Shown here one piece after another: positions 24,431-37,800 of a stretch of DNA of 64,000 nucleotides. This DNA comes from Heptranchias perlo (lineage: Eukaryota), in the NCBI RefSeq assembly GCF_035084215.1, contig NC_090328.1:92380001-92444000 (forward strand). Reading direction: 5' to 3'. The position numbers and the translations under genes are program-made. The notes beneath the pieces were generated by a model. That model searched no databases, had not been told where the DNA came from, and worked only from the letters and a program-made list of their open reading frames with translations. Every line of letters begins with the position of its first letter. The first letter of the stretch is position 1.

Positions 24431-24727
24431 TCAGTGTTGATGTGGCATATTATAGTAATATGGTTCATCAACATCAAAGAGAGAGATGCATTGGGAGCTT
24501 TTGAAAATGTCGAATAGCAATTATAAAGCATTAATTACTCTTCGCATTCATTAACTAGGTTACAAAAGATAATGGAGTCTAAATTCAACATCGTTGTGCC
24601 CATTTTACGCACCTAAAATGGCTGCAGCGCTGACAAATTTAGCAATGGGAAGGCTTGCGCTCGATTGCACGTGTGCCTGGGCCACTGCTAGATTCGGCAA
24701 TGGCAGCCGGTTGAAATGCGCCCATTT

Positions 24728-24846
24728 TGGACCAAGTGCTGGAAAGTGGGATTAGGCTGGGTGGCTCATTTTCGGCCTGGGCGGACACGATGGGCCGAAT
24801 GGCCTCCTTCTGTGTCATAAATTTTCTATGATTCTATGATTCTATA
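24728..24846 (+). mobile_element. CR1 3' tail inserted in a GC-rich non-autonomous DNA element (about 24575-25135)
   Basis: ggaccaagtgctggaaagtgggattaggc...gatgggccgaatggcctccttctgtg followed by the canonical CR1 (ATTCTATG)n repeat. Confidence 0.9.
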
Positions 24847-27800
24847 ATTCCGGACCCATTCCCGAAATTGGTGAAAAGTAGTTGAAGATCCGACTACTTT
24901 TACAGGTTCTGCAGCGGCCTAACCAGCTGTCCTTAAAGGGACCGCTGGAAGCCGTGGAAGACGCCTGCAGGTAAGTTTTTTTTAAACTTACCTGAATGTG
25001 GAGCCAGGACGAGTAGGAGTGCCCCTCCTGACTCCACATTACTACTGCGGCTGCTGCCAGCCTGAGCTTGTCCCTCTCCTGATTGCCTCCCTCGCCACAC
25101 CCGCCCCCCCTCCCCCCACCAGACTCACCTGTGTGCCTTGGCATTTCATTTTGACATTGAAATCACAATCACATCACTATAGTATGGAAATAACACATTC
25201 TGAATAACCCAAATATAAAATGCATAGGATAAACTTGAAACTTTTTTTGAAAAACTTTTAAAACATTCTTAATATTTCTAAGCACTTGACAACTTTGACC
25301 ATGTAAAGATTTGACACTATGTACAAACAATCTGAAGGACAATCTCCCAGGGTAGCAAACAGTGAATAGGTGAACAGATAACAATGTTACGCTAATGTGA
25401 GGCTAAGTGTAATTGGCTTGTGAAGACAGAAGCCTTTTCACAGCTTGTTGACATAATGTAGCTGCAAATATGCAACAAAATGAGACCATTTGACAGCCCC
25501 TTTACAAATGTCCAAAGATTTCCTTTCCACCTACTATTCATGTAGTGGCCTTTATTCTGTAAAGCTTAGTCAGTAGCTATACTGACAATAATTGCAGTGG
25601 ACAGGTTACAATTATACAATACAAAACATGAAGTAATATTTGCTCACTGTTAAATGCCCTGCATTAAATGTTTTTAGCTTTGTAACACAAATATTTTAAC
25701 AGTACAGGCAAATACTGCAGTACTATTAGAATTCTGATTTATAAGGGCCACAACTTTCTCTTTTCTCAAGTAAGGTATTAAATGTTCTCTTATTCTTCAT
25801 TATTGATGATATGCTAACAAAATGGCCAGAACATGCAGTTTCAGAACATATGATTTTGTTGAGTACAAATTTGTTAGCAAGAGCAACAACAAAAACAATC
25901 AGGATACACTGGTAATAATGATCTTTTAACTTCTTAACCAGCTAAAAGCCATTTATGAAAAGTTTGCTAATTCAACTGTGTTGTGTGTATATTTTGTTCT
26001 TAAGTTCAGTTAGCAATAAACTAGAAAAGATTTCAAAGCTTGAAAAAATATGAGCCTAGATTTTTCTCTGTGATGGATTTAGTGCCAAGATAGCTCTGAA
26101 ACTGCACTTCAGGGTATCTTCTCCCTGAACCAGCCCAATTTTCCTCAGTATACCTTTGATACAGTCATGGTAGATTCTTGGCACTATTGGTCAACGTCAG
26201 CACCACAAAACGGGCTGATAGCCAATTGGCAGCCCGTTGAAATCAATGGAAAAGAAAATCGGGCGAACTGCAAAATGAGCTGCCGATTCGCCATCAGCCC
26301 ATTTTGCAGTGCTGGTGTTGGCCAATTTCACCCCCCATGTGGCATAAATTCGTGAGCAACTGGTTTCGAAATTGATTGAACAAGCTGTTGGTGCCAGTCG
26401 CGCCTCCACAGGAAGCTTGCCCATTTGAAGAAATGAATATTACTCTGCTTGACCTTACCAGCAGCAGCCTGAAGGTAAGTCCTGGGAGATTGGGGTGGAT
26501 CGGCAATAGGGCAGGGGCTGATTGGCATACTATGGGGTCGGGGGAGCACTTTCAAAGGGATGCCTCCTCATTGGTGGAAAAGAGCTATTCCCTCATTGAT
26601 GGAAAAGACTCCTTCATACGTGAATATAGATCCTAAATCCGTCAATAAAGGAGCAGTCTTGTCCATATCATTAATCAACATCTACAGAAGAATTTATTTT
26701 ACCAGCGAGCTGGTTGAGACCAAGGAGCATGTGAGAGAAAGCTCCAGGAGAGGATAGAATCAACAAATATTTACTTAGCGTGGCACCTGACAAGATGATG
26801 GCCGTGACAGCCAAGGTGTCCTGCAAGTTATTGGTGCTGGGTTGGATTACCTTTAGCAAGTTGGTCTTCTGTTCCCTGAGGGGAATCTGGAAAATTTAGC
26901 TGGCAATATTCTTTGGCCCAATTTGGGTCTCAAGTGCTCCCCCTCTAGGAGTGGCAGGGTGCTGCTTAGTTTCTGCCTCCTCAGCAGGGCTGAAGGCTGC
27001 CTCTGCTGATTCACTACAGATGAAGGGCACCCACCCCCAATATTTAAATGACCCTGACTCTGGGATTTGGGATGAGGTCAACGGCAGAGCAAAGTGGCAG
27101 GTTGAAGTTCTGCGTGCCACACTTCTGCCACCTCAGAAAGGGTCCGCAGAATTTCTACCCTCTAAGTCTGAACAGCCAAACAGTAACCATGCCATCCGTT
27201 CAGAACAAATGATTCCTTCAACTGCCAACGTCGTAGTTTCTTCCGCAAAACCGAAAGGGGCACCTCATCCAGTCAGAAATCAACTGCACATGTGTAATAA
27301 TCAGAATAGCATCAAATTATCTGAATGTTTATATTTACTAATAAAATCAGGGTTTATGGTGGATCTAGGACTCAAGAAAGATCTTCCGTAAATCAGAACC
27401 ACACCAGATATTGACACTATCAGAAGCCCTTGTGTACAGTTCCAATAGGTGAGTGATTAAGACTACAGTTATTCTGCACTTGGTATGGAACCCAAGTATT
27501 GTGAGGTGGCTTCCTAATGCTTGGCTTTAGTATGCTGAGGAGCAGGATCAGTACCGAGGAGTTGAATCCAGTCCTGATTCCTGAGTTGTGCTATCACTTT
27601 TGCATTGCTAGGCACCCAACACCACTTTTCAGCAATGCAAAACTGGTGATATAATACAGTTTAAGACTTCACAGATGGATGGACTACATGTGACATGGCT
27701 CCCAGAGGCACATGGTCTTATTTTTAAAAAATTACTTCAGATTTCCCTGCGCCTCTTTCTATTCTTCACAGCACTGTGCAGTCCTGGGACACCATAACAA

Positions 27801-30403
27801 ATAGTGGGGGCAGAACAACTAAACTTGATGCATTGGTGCAATTTTGCAATACAAATGCAATTCTTTCTACAATGCAACTAATATAACATTGCAGCCCTAA
27901 ATACACACTGACATGAATTTTCAAGTAATACTTCAGATACAAGTAGATGAAGTGCTAACAAACTGATATGAATATCTCACTGTTGTTAAGTCTGGCTTTA
28001 AATTCCACTTTTCTCAGGTCTTTTGGTATTCTGAGCAGAAGCCTGTGGGTGTTAATCAGGTTTTTTTCCCCCATTTTTTGTCTAAATTTACAAATGACAC
28101 CTGTGTGCAAATGTAATATTGGACAAGTTAATTGATGTAGATGTTTTTCCATGGTTGGCTTAGTGTAGAAAGAAAGGGACTATCAGCAAAAGGTGAGTAT
28201 AAAAGATCTAATTTAAGGATAATGAGCCAATGAATGGTGCAACAATGCAAGTACCAATGTTTGCCAAAGCATCTGATGCCTTCCCTCCAGGGCAGGATTA
28301 GCCCGAAGGTGCCTGCTTCAATTATGTGCCTTAAAAAATAAAGTGGGGGGGAAACTATTAATTTAATATCCATTTATAAGAGAGGCTTATTGCTAGAAGA
28401 AAGGTGTGCTAATCAGTGGTTAGACCTAACGATTAAAACACGATCATTTGTTTGCAGGAATAGTCGAGGATGTTCTGGTCTTAACCTGGCCAGATAGTAC
28501 TAGGCCCTCCAGTGAAATCCACACCTGCATTTTAAAGCATGTCGCTTCCCAAAGCACGGTCAAAGTCTAATCATCCAGGCATAACACCATTCCGTGACCT
28601 GCTTGTGACACGGGTCACCTAGCTGGAATGGTGCCAATTTTTTGACAGGAGTTAATGACAAGGCAGGAAAACCTGCTGGTGAGAAAGACCAACTCAACCA
28701 AGGAACCGTGTGCATTAAAGTACCATTAAACAAGGGCAGCTGAAGTCAGTTGCTGTATAATTCTGTAATCCAATAACACAAGCAAGAATAGAACTATAAA
28801 GTACATAACCATAATTAAATCATTGTCTCAGGCCCTCTTGAAAATTGTCATTCCACCTTTCCCTTTACTGTAATGAACTCTGTTTCAATTGATTACACAC
28901 ATTAGCAGTCGCCCTTTGACTCTAATTAGTGGTTTTCCACAAATCGTCTGTCCACAGTCGCTTAAAGTTTACAAGTGTTATTTATTGCTGAACATCCCTG
29001 AAGCAGTTAAACAGGCTTAAACTGAAGGCTTAACTGGAAATGCCAGTTCTACATAAAATTTGTTATGGACATATATTCACTCACTTTCTTAACACTTTTC
29101 AAAGGCTTTGTTGCTCATTAACACGTACTTAAAATAATAATGCGATGATTTGCTAAATGATACTATTAACTCAGGTTCGAGCAAAACAGCAAAGGCTAAA
29201 CAAAAATGTACGAGTTTGTCTTTATAATGCACATTTTGTGCAAGGGTATTATTAGCAGACTAATGTAACATTCTCTCTGAATTAGACTGTTTGGTACAAT
29301 TCATTAAAGCCTCTTGGGTTTATGAAAATGACTGGACGAGAATGAAAATGGGCTATGCCCTGCAGCTGAAGAAAATGAAGCTGATACTATTATCTCTTCC
29401 TGTTTGGAAAAAACAAAACATATTAGAGACCGCATGATTGCTTGCTTTCAAAAGTTTTCCATTTCCTAGCGCACAGTGGGAGGAACTCTTGTCAAAGAGC
29501 TACCCTCAGAAAGTGCAAACTGTTAAGCTGTGGGAATTTAAGTCAGACCAATCTTACAGAAGTCTGACTTTAAAAAAATTGAGTTTTGTACGTGCAACTG
29601 AACTAGGAAGAATAAGATGGAAATATATATCTGTGTGTGAGGGAGAGGGAGAGATGAACTGAAAGAGAAATGATGGTGAAGGATAACGTAAAAGCATGCC
29701 AGTAGAAAAAGGCAGGAAAAGAAGAAAAAATGAGAAAAGTATAATCTGATTGTACTCATAAATGGTTAAAACTACAAGCCTAACGACAGAAATTTTTATT
29801 TTTGGTTAGGAATAAAACAACTTACAAAAAATTAATCTGGGTTCTTGTTCCTGATTTCAAGAGACATATCTTCTAGAGAACTTGCCTGACCAATTTGAAA
29901 ATTTATGAAAACAAATTTTGGTAGTTACACAGGCCATGTCAAAATAACCTCTCCCCCTCCTTCATGTCACTTTATTAGGACTGACTAAGAAAAGCTACTG
30001 CATCTTAACAGCTTCTGCGATAGTAGCAGTCTGTAGGGAAGAATAAATATTGTTAATATATTTGCTCAAAAGTAAGCAGATTAGAGTAGAAGCCATAATG
30101 TTAAAAAAATTAGTTTTAATGTAAATTTAACATTTTCAGCTTATATATATAATGGCCTAGAAATTCATTGGCGCCATGCCTGTTTTTCAGGCTCAAAACA
30201 GGCATCTAAGTGTTCAATATGGTGGGCGGCACGAGCACACTTATTTTGAGTCAGTAGTGCACCGCCCAACATATTGGATCGGGTTGCTCCATAGGTGTCC
30301 AGGTAACATGTTGGAAGTATATAAAACTTAATTCTGACTTCTGAGAAGTTTTTGTTGGTGCTGGACTGTTTTTGAATGCCTTCAAACCATTTTTGTTGCA
30401 GTC

Positions 30404-31310
30404 ATGGATGGCCTGGTAGGTCTGCCTTTGGGACTGGAGGATGAGGTGAGCAGCAAAGAATACAGGAGAGAGCAGGAGAAGCTGGGAGATGAGGGAGGAG
30501 GAGGAAGGCGCTGTGTAGGAGGCCATACCTACAGCAGGTCTTCAAGGAGTACTTCTCCTGCCTGAACTTCTCTAAGGAGCAATGTCTCAGGTGCCTTTAC
30601 TTCACAGAGGAGGCTATCACCAAGCTACATCACCTGCTCCAACCACAACTCAAGTCTCAAACCAGACATGGATAACACTGCCTCTGTCTGTCAAGGTCAC
30701 TGTGGCCCTTAACTTTTATGCAACAGGCTTTGCCAAACTTGCACACTTCCACAAGGTGCAAGATACCATAAACTGCACCCACATTGTCTAGTGTGCTCCC
30801 CATCACCATCCTGGCATCTTTCTGAATACAAAATACCACTCCCTTAACGTCCAGCTTGTTTATGACCACAGGCAGCATATCGTGCGGGTCTGTGTCCAGT
30901 TTCCTGGCAGCAGTCATGATGCATTTATTCCGCGCCAGTCCTCTGTGCTGCCTGCATTGCAATCAGGCCATCAGGCCACAAACTGGCTACTTGGCGACAA
31001 GGGCTATCCTCTTCAAAATTGGCTCATGACTCCTGGCGCAGCTGCAGACCTGGCCTACAATGAGAGCCATGCTGCCACCAGAAGCGACATTGAGCAGGCA
31101 GTCGGTGTGCTCAAGCAATGCTTCTGCTGTCTGGACCATTCAGGAGGAGCTTTGGATAAGTTTGCCATCATGTGAGACCAGCCCTTACCACAACCTGGGC
31201 AGCAAGAAGTGCAGCTGGAGCTGGAGTAGAAGGAGGAGGAGGAGCAGCATCGACCACCAGCTCCCCTAAATGCCAGGGCTCTCAGAGAGCAGCTCCTCCT
31301 ATTGCACCAT
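30404..31310 (+). pseudogene. Harbinger transposase, disrupted
   Basis: LPLSVKVTVALNFYATG, INCTHI, FPGSSHDAF, LLGDKGYPL and YNESHAATRSDIEQAVGVLKQCFCCLD; contains deletions and stops. Confidence 0.9.
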
Positions 31311-31407
31311 TAATCCTGCAATCCTTATCACCACCATCCTTACTACCACCATCCAATTTCCTTCCTTCAGTCCAGCCTTATGGGTCTTGCCCTCACTTCA
31401 GTAAAAT

Positions 31408-32262
31408 TAGAACATAAGAAAATAAGAAATAGGAGCAGGAGTAGGCCATACGGCCCCTCGAGCCTGCTCCGTCATTCAATCAGATCATGGCTGATCTTCT
31501 ACCTCAACTCTACTTTCCCGCCCTATCCCCATATCCCTTGATTCCCTTAGGGTCCAAATATCCATCGATCTCAGTCTTGAATGTACTCAACCACTGAGCA
31601 TTCACAGCCCTCTGAAGTAGAGAATTCCAAAGAGTCACAACTCTGAGTGAAGAAATTTTTCCTCATCTTGGTCCTAAATGGCCGACCCCTTATCTTGAGA
31701 CCATGACCCCTAGTCCTAGCCTCCCCAGCCAGAGAAAACAGCCTCTCAGCATCTACCCTGTCAAGCCCTCTAAGAATTTTATACATTTCAATGAGGTCAC
31801 CTCTCATTCTTCTAAAATCCAGAGAATATAGGCCCATTCTACTCAATCTCTCCTCATTAGGACAACCCTCTAATCCCAAGAATCAATCTAGTGAACTTTT
31901 GTTGCACTGCCTCTAAGGCAAGTATATCATTCCTGAGGTAAGGAGACCAAAACTGGACACAGTACTCCAGGTGTGGTCTCAGCAGAGCCCTATATAATTG
32001 CAGAAAGACCTCCTTACTCTTATACTCCAAACCCCTTGCAATAAAGACTAACATACCATTTGTCTTCCTAATTGCTTGCTGTACCTGCATGTTAACTTTC
32101 TGTGATTCGTGTACAAGGAAACTCAAATCCCTCTGAATACCAACATTTCTTAGTATCTCACCTTTTAAAACATATTCTGCTTTTCTCTTTTTCCTGCCAA
32201 AGTAGATAATTTCACATTTCCCCACATTATACTCCATCTGCCACTTTCTCACCCATTCACTT
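31408..32262 (-). mobile_element. HER1-like CR1 inserted between the two Harbinger genes
   Basis: ORFs 31857-32282 and 31571-31879; HER1 tail at 31408-31560. Confidence 0.95.
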
Positions 32263-32339
32263 AATATAAAGACTAACACCAAATCCAGAACAAAAAAACA
32301 AATTTATCCAACAACTCAATTCCATCTGTATGTAATAGT

Positions 32340-34144
32340 TAACAGAAATAATTAAGAAACATCCTTGTACCTGTCTTCTGTGCTTGTTTACTTATCCTAG
32401 TGCCCTTACAAGGTGTTTCTCCAGTGGTTACAGCTTGGGAGGTGGAAGGCTGCTGAGCTTCCATTGAGGACATTTCAGATGGCCCTGGTGGGCACCCTTG
32501 AGTGGCTCTGGATCTTGAGGGCCCTGCTGCAGGCTGCAGCATCTTGGTGTGGGCTGGAATAGTCTGGTCCAACTGGCTGTGTGGAAGTAACAAAGGTAAT
32601 GGCGGAATGAGTGGTGGGGAGCAGTCTTGCTGTCACCTTCAGGGAGGACAGCAGATGCCGCTCCCATGGAGCCAAGGCCACCCTCCTGAGGCAGCGTCTC
32701 AGCACTCCTGTGTGAGAATAGAGTGCAGGAGTGATGTGACGCTCTGGAAGCTCCTGTCAACACTGGTCCCCAAAACCAAAATGGCAGTCATCTGAACTTC
32801 CATGGCAGCAGTGTTAGCTGCCAGGGATGCTGTCAGTGCTGTTAGCAGAGGCTCCATCATGGTGGGCACCACTGTTTTGTTCATCGAGCTGACCGCTTGG
32901 TCAGTGTTGGACAGAATGATTTCCTTGCTCTGCACAAAGCCCCGACACAAGTTGGAGCTAGACTCCTCCAAGCTCTGAGCCATTGTGCGCAAGCTTGCTG
33001 GTAGGAGGCTTAGTGCACCTAGCATTTCCTGGTGACAACCCGTCAACCCTTTTTGGGTAGCCTGGGCCCGCGAAGTCAGCATCCTAGTCCTCTGCAGCAG
33101 AGCTAGTATGTGATCTAATCCTCTGGCAAGCTGGCGCCTGTGACATCGTATCCCCTGCCCTAGCTCCTGTACACTTTTGGCCATTGATTCAGTATGTAAA
33201 GACCCCTCCTCTAGGCTAGCCTCTAGAATAGCATGGTGCCAGTCTCTGAGCTGGTCTTTGCTAGGGTCAGGTCGAATGAGGCTGCATCTTCGGGAAGGCT
33301 TGCCTCCTCTTCCTGAAGTGATGGAAGTAACTCCACATTTTCAGCATCTGTAATGAAGGAGAGGGGCAAAGATTAACTTTTAGTGTGAAGGCAGAGCAGA
33401 GGAAGAAGGGGCTGGTGAAAGCATCTGCAGTTTGACATGCAGCGTGTGTAGGGTGAGATAGAAGTAAGAAGGGAAAAAGGGGGTAAGTTGTGAAGAACCC
33501 CTATGCGACGTTTCCTTTAGCACTGCCACGCTCCATGGTCATGGCACTCAGCCTGCCCATGGTGGCCAGCATGTTTTCTTCCACAGGGGAGAGGGCGTGC
33601 AGGTGGGCTCAGCTTCTTCCAGTGGCAGCCTCTTGCCTCAAGTTGTGCATGACCTTCTCCTGCAAGAAAGAAGGGAGTGTGTTACTAACATCCTTGTGAG
33701 GTGCTTAGAGAATATTGATTGCATAGTTGGTTTGCAGTGTGAGGTCTGGGGAAGTAAGCGTTGTAATAATGGTGAGTGTGCGTGTATGAGGTGAAAGAGG
33801 TATAGTGAAGTGTGGTGTGGTGATGATAGGAGAGTGAAGGGAAGCAGGAAGGGGACTATTGTGAGCATTGTGAGTAATGAGGCTAGAGGTGGTATAGATG
33901 TGAGCAGAGAGTAAGAGAGCAGTATTTTACCTTGACAATTCTTGTGAGGTCATTGAACTTCTTTCAGCATTGCTGTCATGTCCTGGGAGCTAAACTCCTG
34001 GCATTAACCTCCTCTGCAACCTTTTCCCATTGGCGGTGGTGTTGCCTGGAGGACTTTCTGCCCTTCCTCCTGCCCACCGCCTGGACCAGGGCCTCCAACA
34101 TTATCGGAGAAGCTGGTTGCCTTGTCTCGACCTCTTGCAGCCAT
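32340..34144 (-). pseudogene. Harbinger accessory Myb/SANT-like DNA-binding protein gene, at least 3 exons (about 34144-33931, 33659-33499, 33347-32340)
   Basis: Exon 1 reads MAARGRDKATSFSD...WEKVAEEVNARSLAPRT*QQC*KKFNDLTRIVK|gtaaaa. Exon 2 reads ttgcag|EKVMHNLRQEAATG...LSPVEE. The last exon includes ORF 32699-33184. Confidence 0.8.
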
Positions 34145-34816
34145 TTTAGCCCCTTGACAACATTTCCTCCTGCTTGCTCAAGAGGTGTTGGCTGCCTTTA
34201 AATGGCATCAGAGATGCCCGATTTCCCAACCCCATAAAAACAGGCGTGCAACCAATGAATAGCGCATTTGGTGCTGGCTGCATGCCTGAATTATTTAAAT
34301 GAGGTCCAATCACGAGTGCAATGTGCTGCCCGGGACTATATGAATAGATGCGTGCAGCACCCGCCCAACCCCCTTCGTGCCTGTATTCAGGTACGATTGA
34401 ATAAGTTAGAATGGGTAAAGTAGTTGCTAATGAACAATCTATTAAATAACATTTGTTAATTCATTCTGGCTGGACCTATTTAAAATAAAAGGTTCCAATA
34501 AGGCCAACATTGATCAAATTCTCAATTAATTTTGCATTGGCTACGAACATTTGTGGGGCCTGGTTGTCATGAAATGTTTCTTTTCAGTCAATATGATGGA
34601 CACATTAGAAAGAATGTCAGTCCTCTTTGCTGCGCTAGATGTTACATTTAGGGACAGTTGAAAAGCAATTTGAAGGGAAAGTTGTAGCATCATCCAGTGG
34701 CACAGCAGCTGTTGTGAGGTGACCCCTGTGATGAGCATCTCCATAGATGCTGTCAAAGATCCTCATGTAGTGAAATGTGAAATCTGTAAAGAGTTAAAAA
34801 ATGTACAAAACTGTCC

Positions 34817-37800
34817 AGAGCTTAGGCCTAGGCAGCTGAAGGCACGGCCACCAATGGTGGAGTGATTAAAATCGGGGATGAGCAAGAAGCCTGAATTGGA
34901 GGAGCACAGAGATCTCGGAGGGTTGTAGGGCTGGAGGAGGTTGCAGAGATAGGGAGGGGTGAGGCCATGGATTGATTTGAAAACAAGGGTGAGAATTTTA
35001 AAATCGAGGTGTTCCCCGACCAGGAGCCAATGTGGGTCAGCGAGCACAGTGGTGATGGGTGAACGGGACTTGGCGCAAGTTAGGATACCAGCAGCAGAGC
35101 TTTGGATGAGCTCAAGTTTTTGGAGGGTGGAAGATGGGAGGCCAGCCAGGAGAACATTGGAATAGTCAAGTCTAGAGGTAACAAAGGCATGGATGAGGGT
35201 TTCAGCAGCATATGAAGGCAGGAGCGGAAACGGCTGATTTATTGGAGGTGGAAATAGGCAGTCTTGGTGATGGAGTGGATATGTGGTCAGAAGCTCATCT
35301 CAGGATCAAATAGGATGCCAAGATTGCAAACGGCCTGGTTCAGCTGCAGGCAGTGGCCAGGGAGGGGGATGGAATCGTTGGCTAGGGAACGGAGTTTGTG
35401 ACGGGGACCGAGGACAATGGCTTCAGTCTTCCCAATACTTAATTGGAGGAAAATTCTGCTCATCCAGTATTGGATATCGGACAAGCAGCCTGACAAATCA
35501 GAGACAGTGGAGGGGTCGAGAGAGGTGGTGGCGAGGTAGGGCTGGGTGTTGTCAGTGTACATGTGGAACCCAACATTATGTTTTTGGATGATGCCGCCAG
35601 GGGGCAGCATTTAGATGAGAAATAGGAGGGGACCAAGAATAGATCCTTGGGGGACTCCAGAGGTAATGGTGTGGGAGTGGGAAAAGAAGTCATTGCAGGT
35701 GATTCTCTGGCTACAAATGGATAGATAGGAATGGAACCAGGCGAGCGTAGTCCCATCCAGCTAGACTACGGAGGAGAGGTGTTGGAGGAGGATGTTGTTG
35801 TCAACCGTGTCAAAGGCTGCTGACAGGTTGAAAAGGATGAGGAGGGATAGTTTACCATCATCACAGTCACATAGGATGTCATTTGTGACTTTGATAAGGG
35901 CCATTTCAGTGCTGTGGTGGGGTGCAAACCTGATTGGAGGGGTTCGAACATGGAGTTGCGGAAAGATGGGCACAGATTTGGGAGGTGACAATACATTCAA
36001 GGACTTTGGAGAGGAAAGGGAGGTTGGAGATGGAGCATTAGTTTGCAAGGACAGAGGGATCAAGGGTGGGCTTTTTGAGGAGTGGGGTGATGACGGCAGA
36101 TTTGAAGGGGAGAGGGACAGTACCTGAGGAGAGGGAATCATTAACAATATCAGCTAACACGGGGGCCAAGAAGTGAAGTTGGGTGGTCAGCAGTTTGGTG
36201 GGAATAGGGTCGAGGGAGCAGGAGGTCAGTCTCACAGACAAGATGAGCTCGAAGAGAGCATGAGGGGAAATAAGAAAGAAACTAGAGAAAGATGCGAGTT
36301 CAGGGCTATGGCAGGGGGGATCCATAGGGGAAGTTTGGCTTGGGGGGCTAGGGGAAGGGAGGGAAGTGGCAGAGACAGCTAAATGGATGGTCTCAATCTT
36401 AGTGACAAAGAAGTCCATGCACTTCTTGTTGGAGGTGAGGGTGGAGAAAGCAGGGGAGAGGGGTTTATAAAGATGGTTTGTAGCGAAGAAGAGAAACTGG
36501 TGGTTATCTTTGCATTCTTGGAATAGTGAGTAGTTTTGGCAGAGGAGAGCAGGACCTGATAATGCTTTATGTGGTCCAGCCAGATCTGGTGATGAATGGC
36601 TAAACCACTTGTCTACCATAAACGTTCATGTCTGCGTCTTTTGGATTTAAGGGAGTGGAGATGAGGGCCGTACCAAGGGGCACTACCAGGGTGAGAGAGG
36701 GTAATGGTTTTAATGGGGACTGGGGCACCAAAGGTGGAGGCCAGGGTGTGATTGAGCAGAAATGTCGTGGTGAATGGTGGACCAAAGGCAGTTAGGAATT
36801 TGAAAGTGTGCTTGTAAGTGACTTGGGGCAGAGTTTTTCAGAGGTGAACACAGAAGGAAGTGGGGTTGGGAGGGGGAAGGGGAATGTGAGTGGAGAGGGA
36901 TTCAAGGAAGCGATCAGAGGTGGCCTTATCTGTGATTGACATGTTGGGAGTAGGCCACATGAAGGGATGGCCGTGAACATGGGTAGGGGAGTTTGTATGG
37001 AGGGAGAGGTTAAGGGAGGATAGGAGGGCAGTGAACTCAGAGAAGAAAGGGCACAATGAGTTGAGATGGTGATTGAAATCACCAAGGATGAGAAGTCGCT
37101 TGGTGCAGAGGCTGAGGGAGGAAAGCAGTGCAGATATCTCGGTGAGAAACTTGCCGTGGTATTTGGGTGGGTGGTAGAGAACAAGGATTTTAAAGAGGAA
37201 GTGAGAGGGATGGAACAAGGTGAGGTGCTCAAAGGAGGAGAAGGTGCCAGAGGAGTCGGGGGACAGAGTAAGGTGCGATTTGGTGATAAAAGCCACACCA
37301 CCACCACAGCAATCTGGGTGGGGCAGGTGGTGGAAGGTATAGCCAGGCGGGGAGGCTTCATTAAGGAGGAGGTATCATCACCTGTCAGCCAAGTTGCCAT
37401 CAAGGCTATGGTGTCGATCATATACAATAAGCTCATGAATGGCAAGGGCCTTGTTCACAAGTGAACGGACATTCTGGAAGGAGATGTGGAGAGGGGCAGT
37501 GATAGCTGATCCACAGGCAGAATCCACAGGGTCAGCGCTGAATGGGGTGAATGGGACGGGAAGGGATTGGCAAGATTAGCTCCCAGCGAGCGCGCTGGGC
37601 GGGAATGTCGGTGAGAGAGTAGGATGGGGCAGTTGGAGTTGGAGTTATGGAAGCAGCGACGAGTGCCTCAATGGGCCCTTCAGAGGATGCCAAGAGAGGC
37701 ACAAGGGGAAGCTGTAGTCTTATCTAAGGAGGAATCAAGCCTGGAATGGCAACAGGGGAGTAGGAAGGTCGCAGAGTGCTGAAAGGTTAGGGTAAGGATT

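Larger units (their letters stand above)
30154..34402 (+). mobile_element. PIF/Harbinger transposon, copy B: near-complete, two convergent genes, with a nested HER1 LINE
   Basis: Left TIR GGCCTAGAAATTC follows AAT. The right end ggtacgattgaat resembles the inner part of the complementary TIR, with about 9 terminal nt missing. Transposase is on plus and the Myb gene on minus. Confidence 0.9.
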
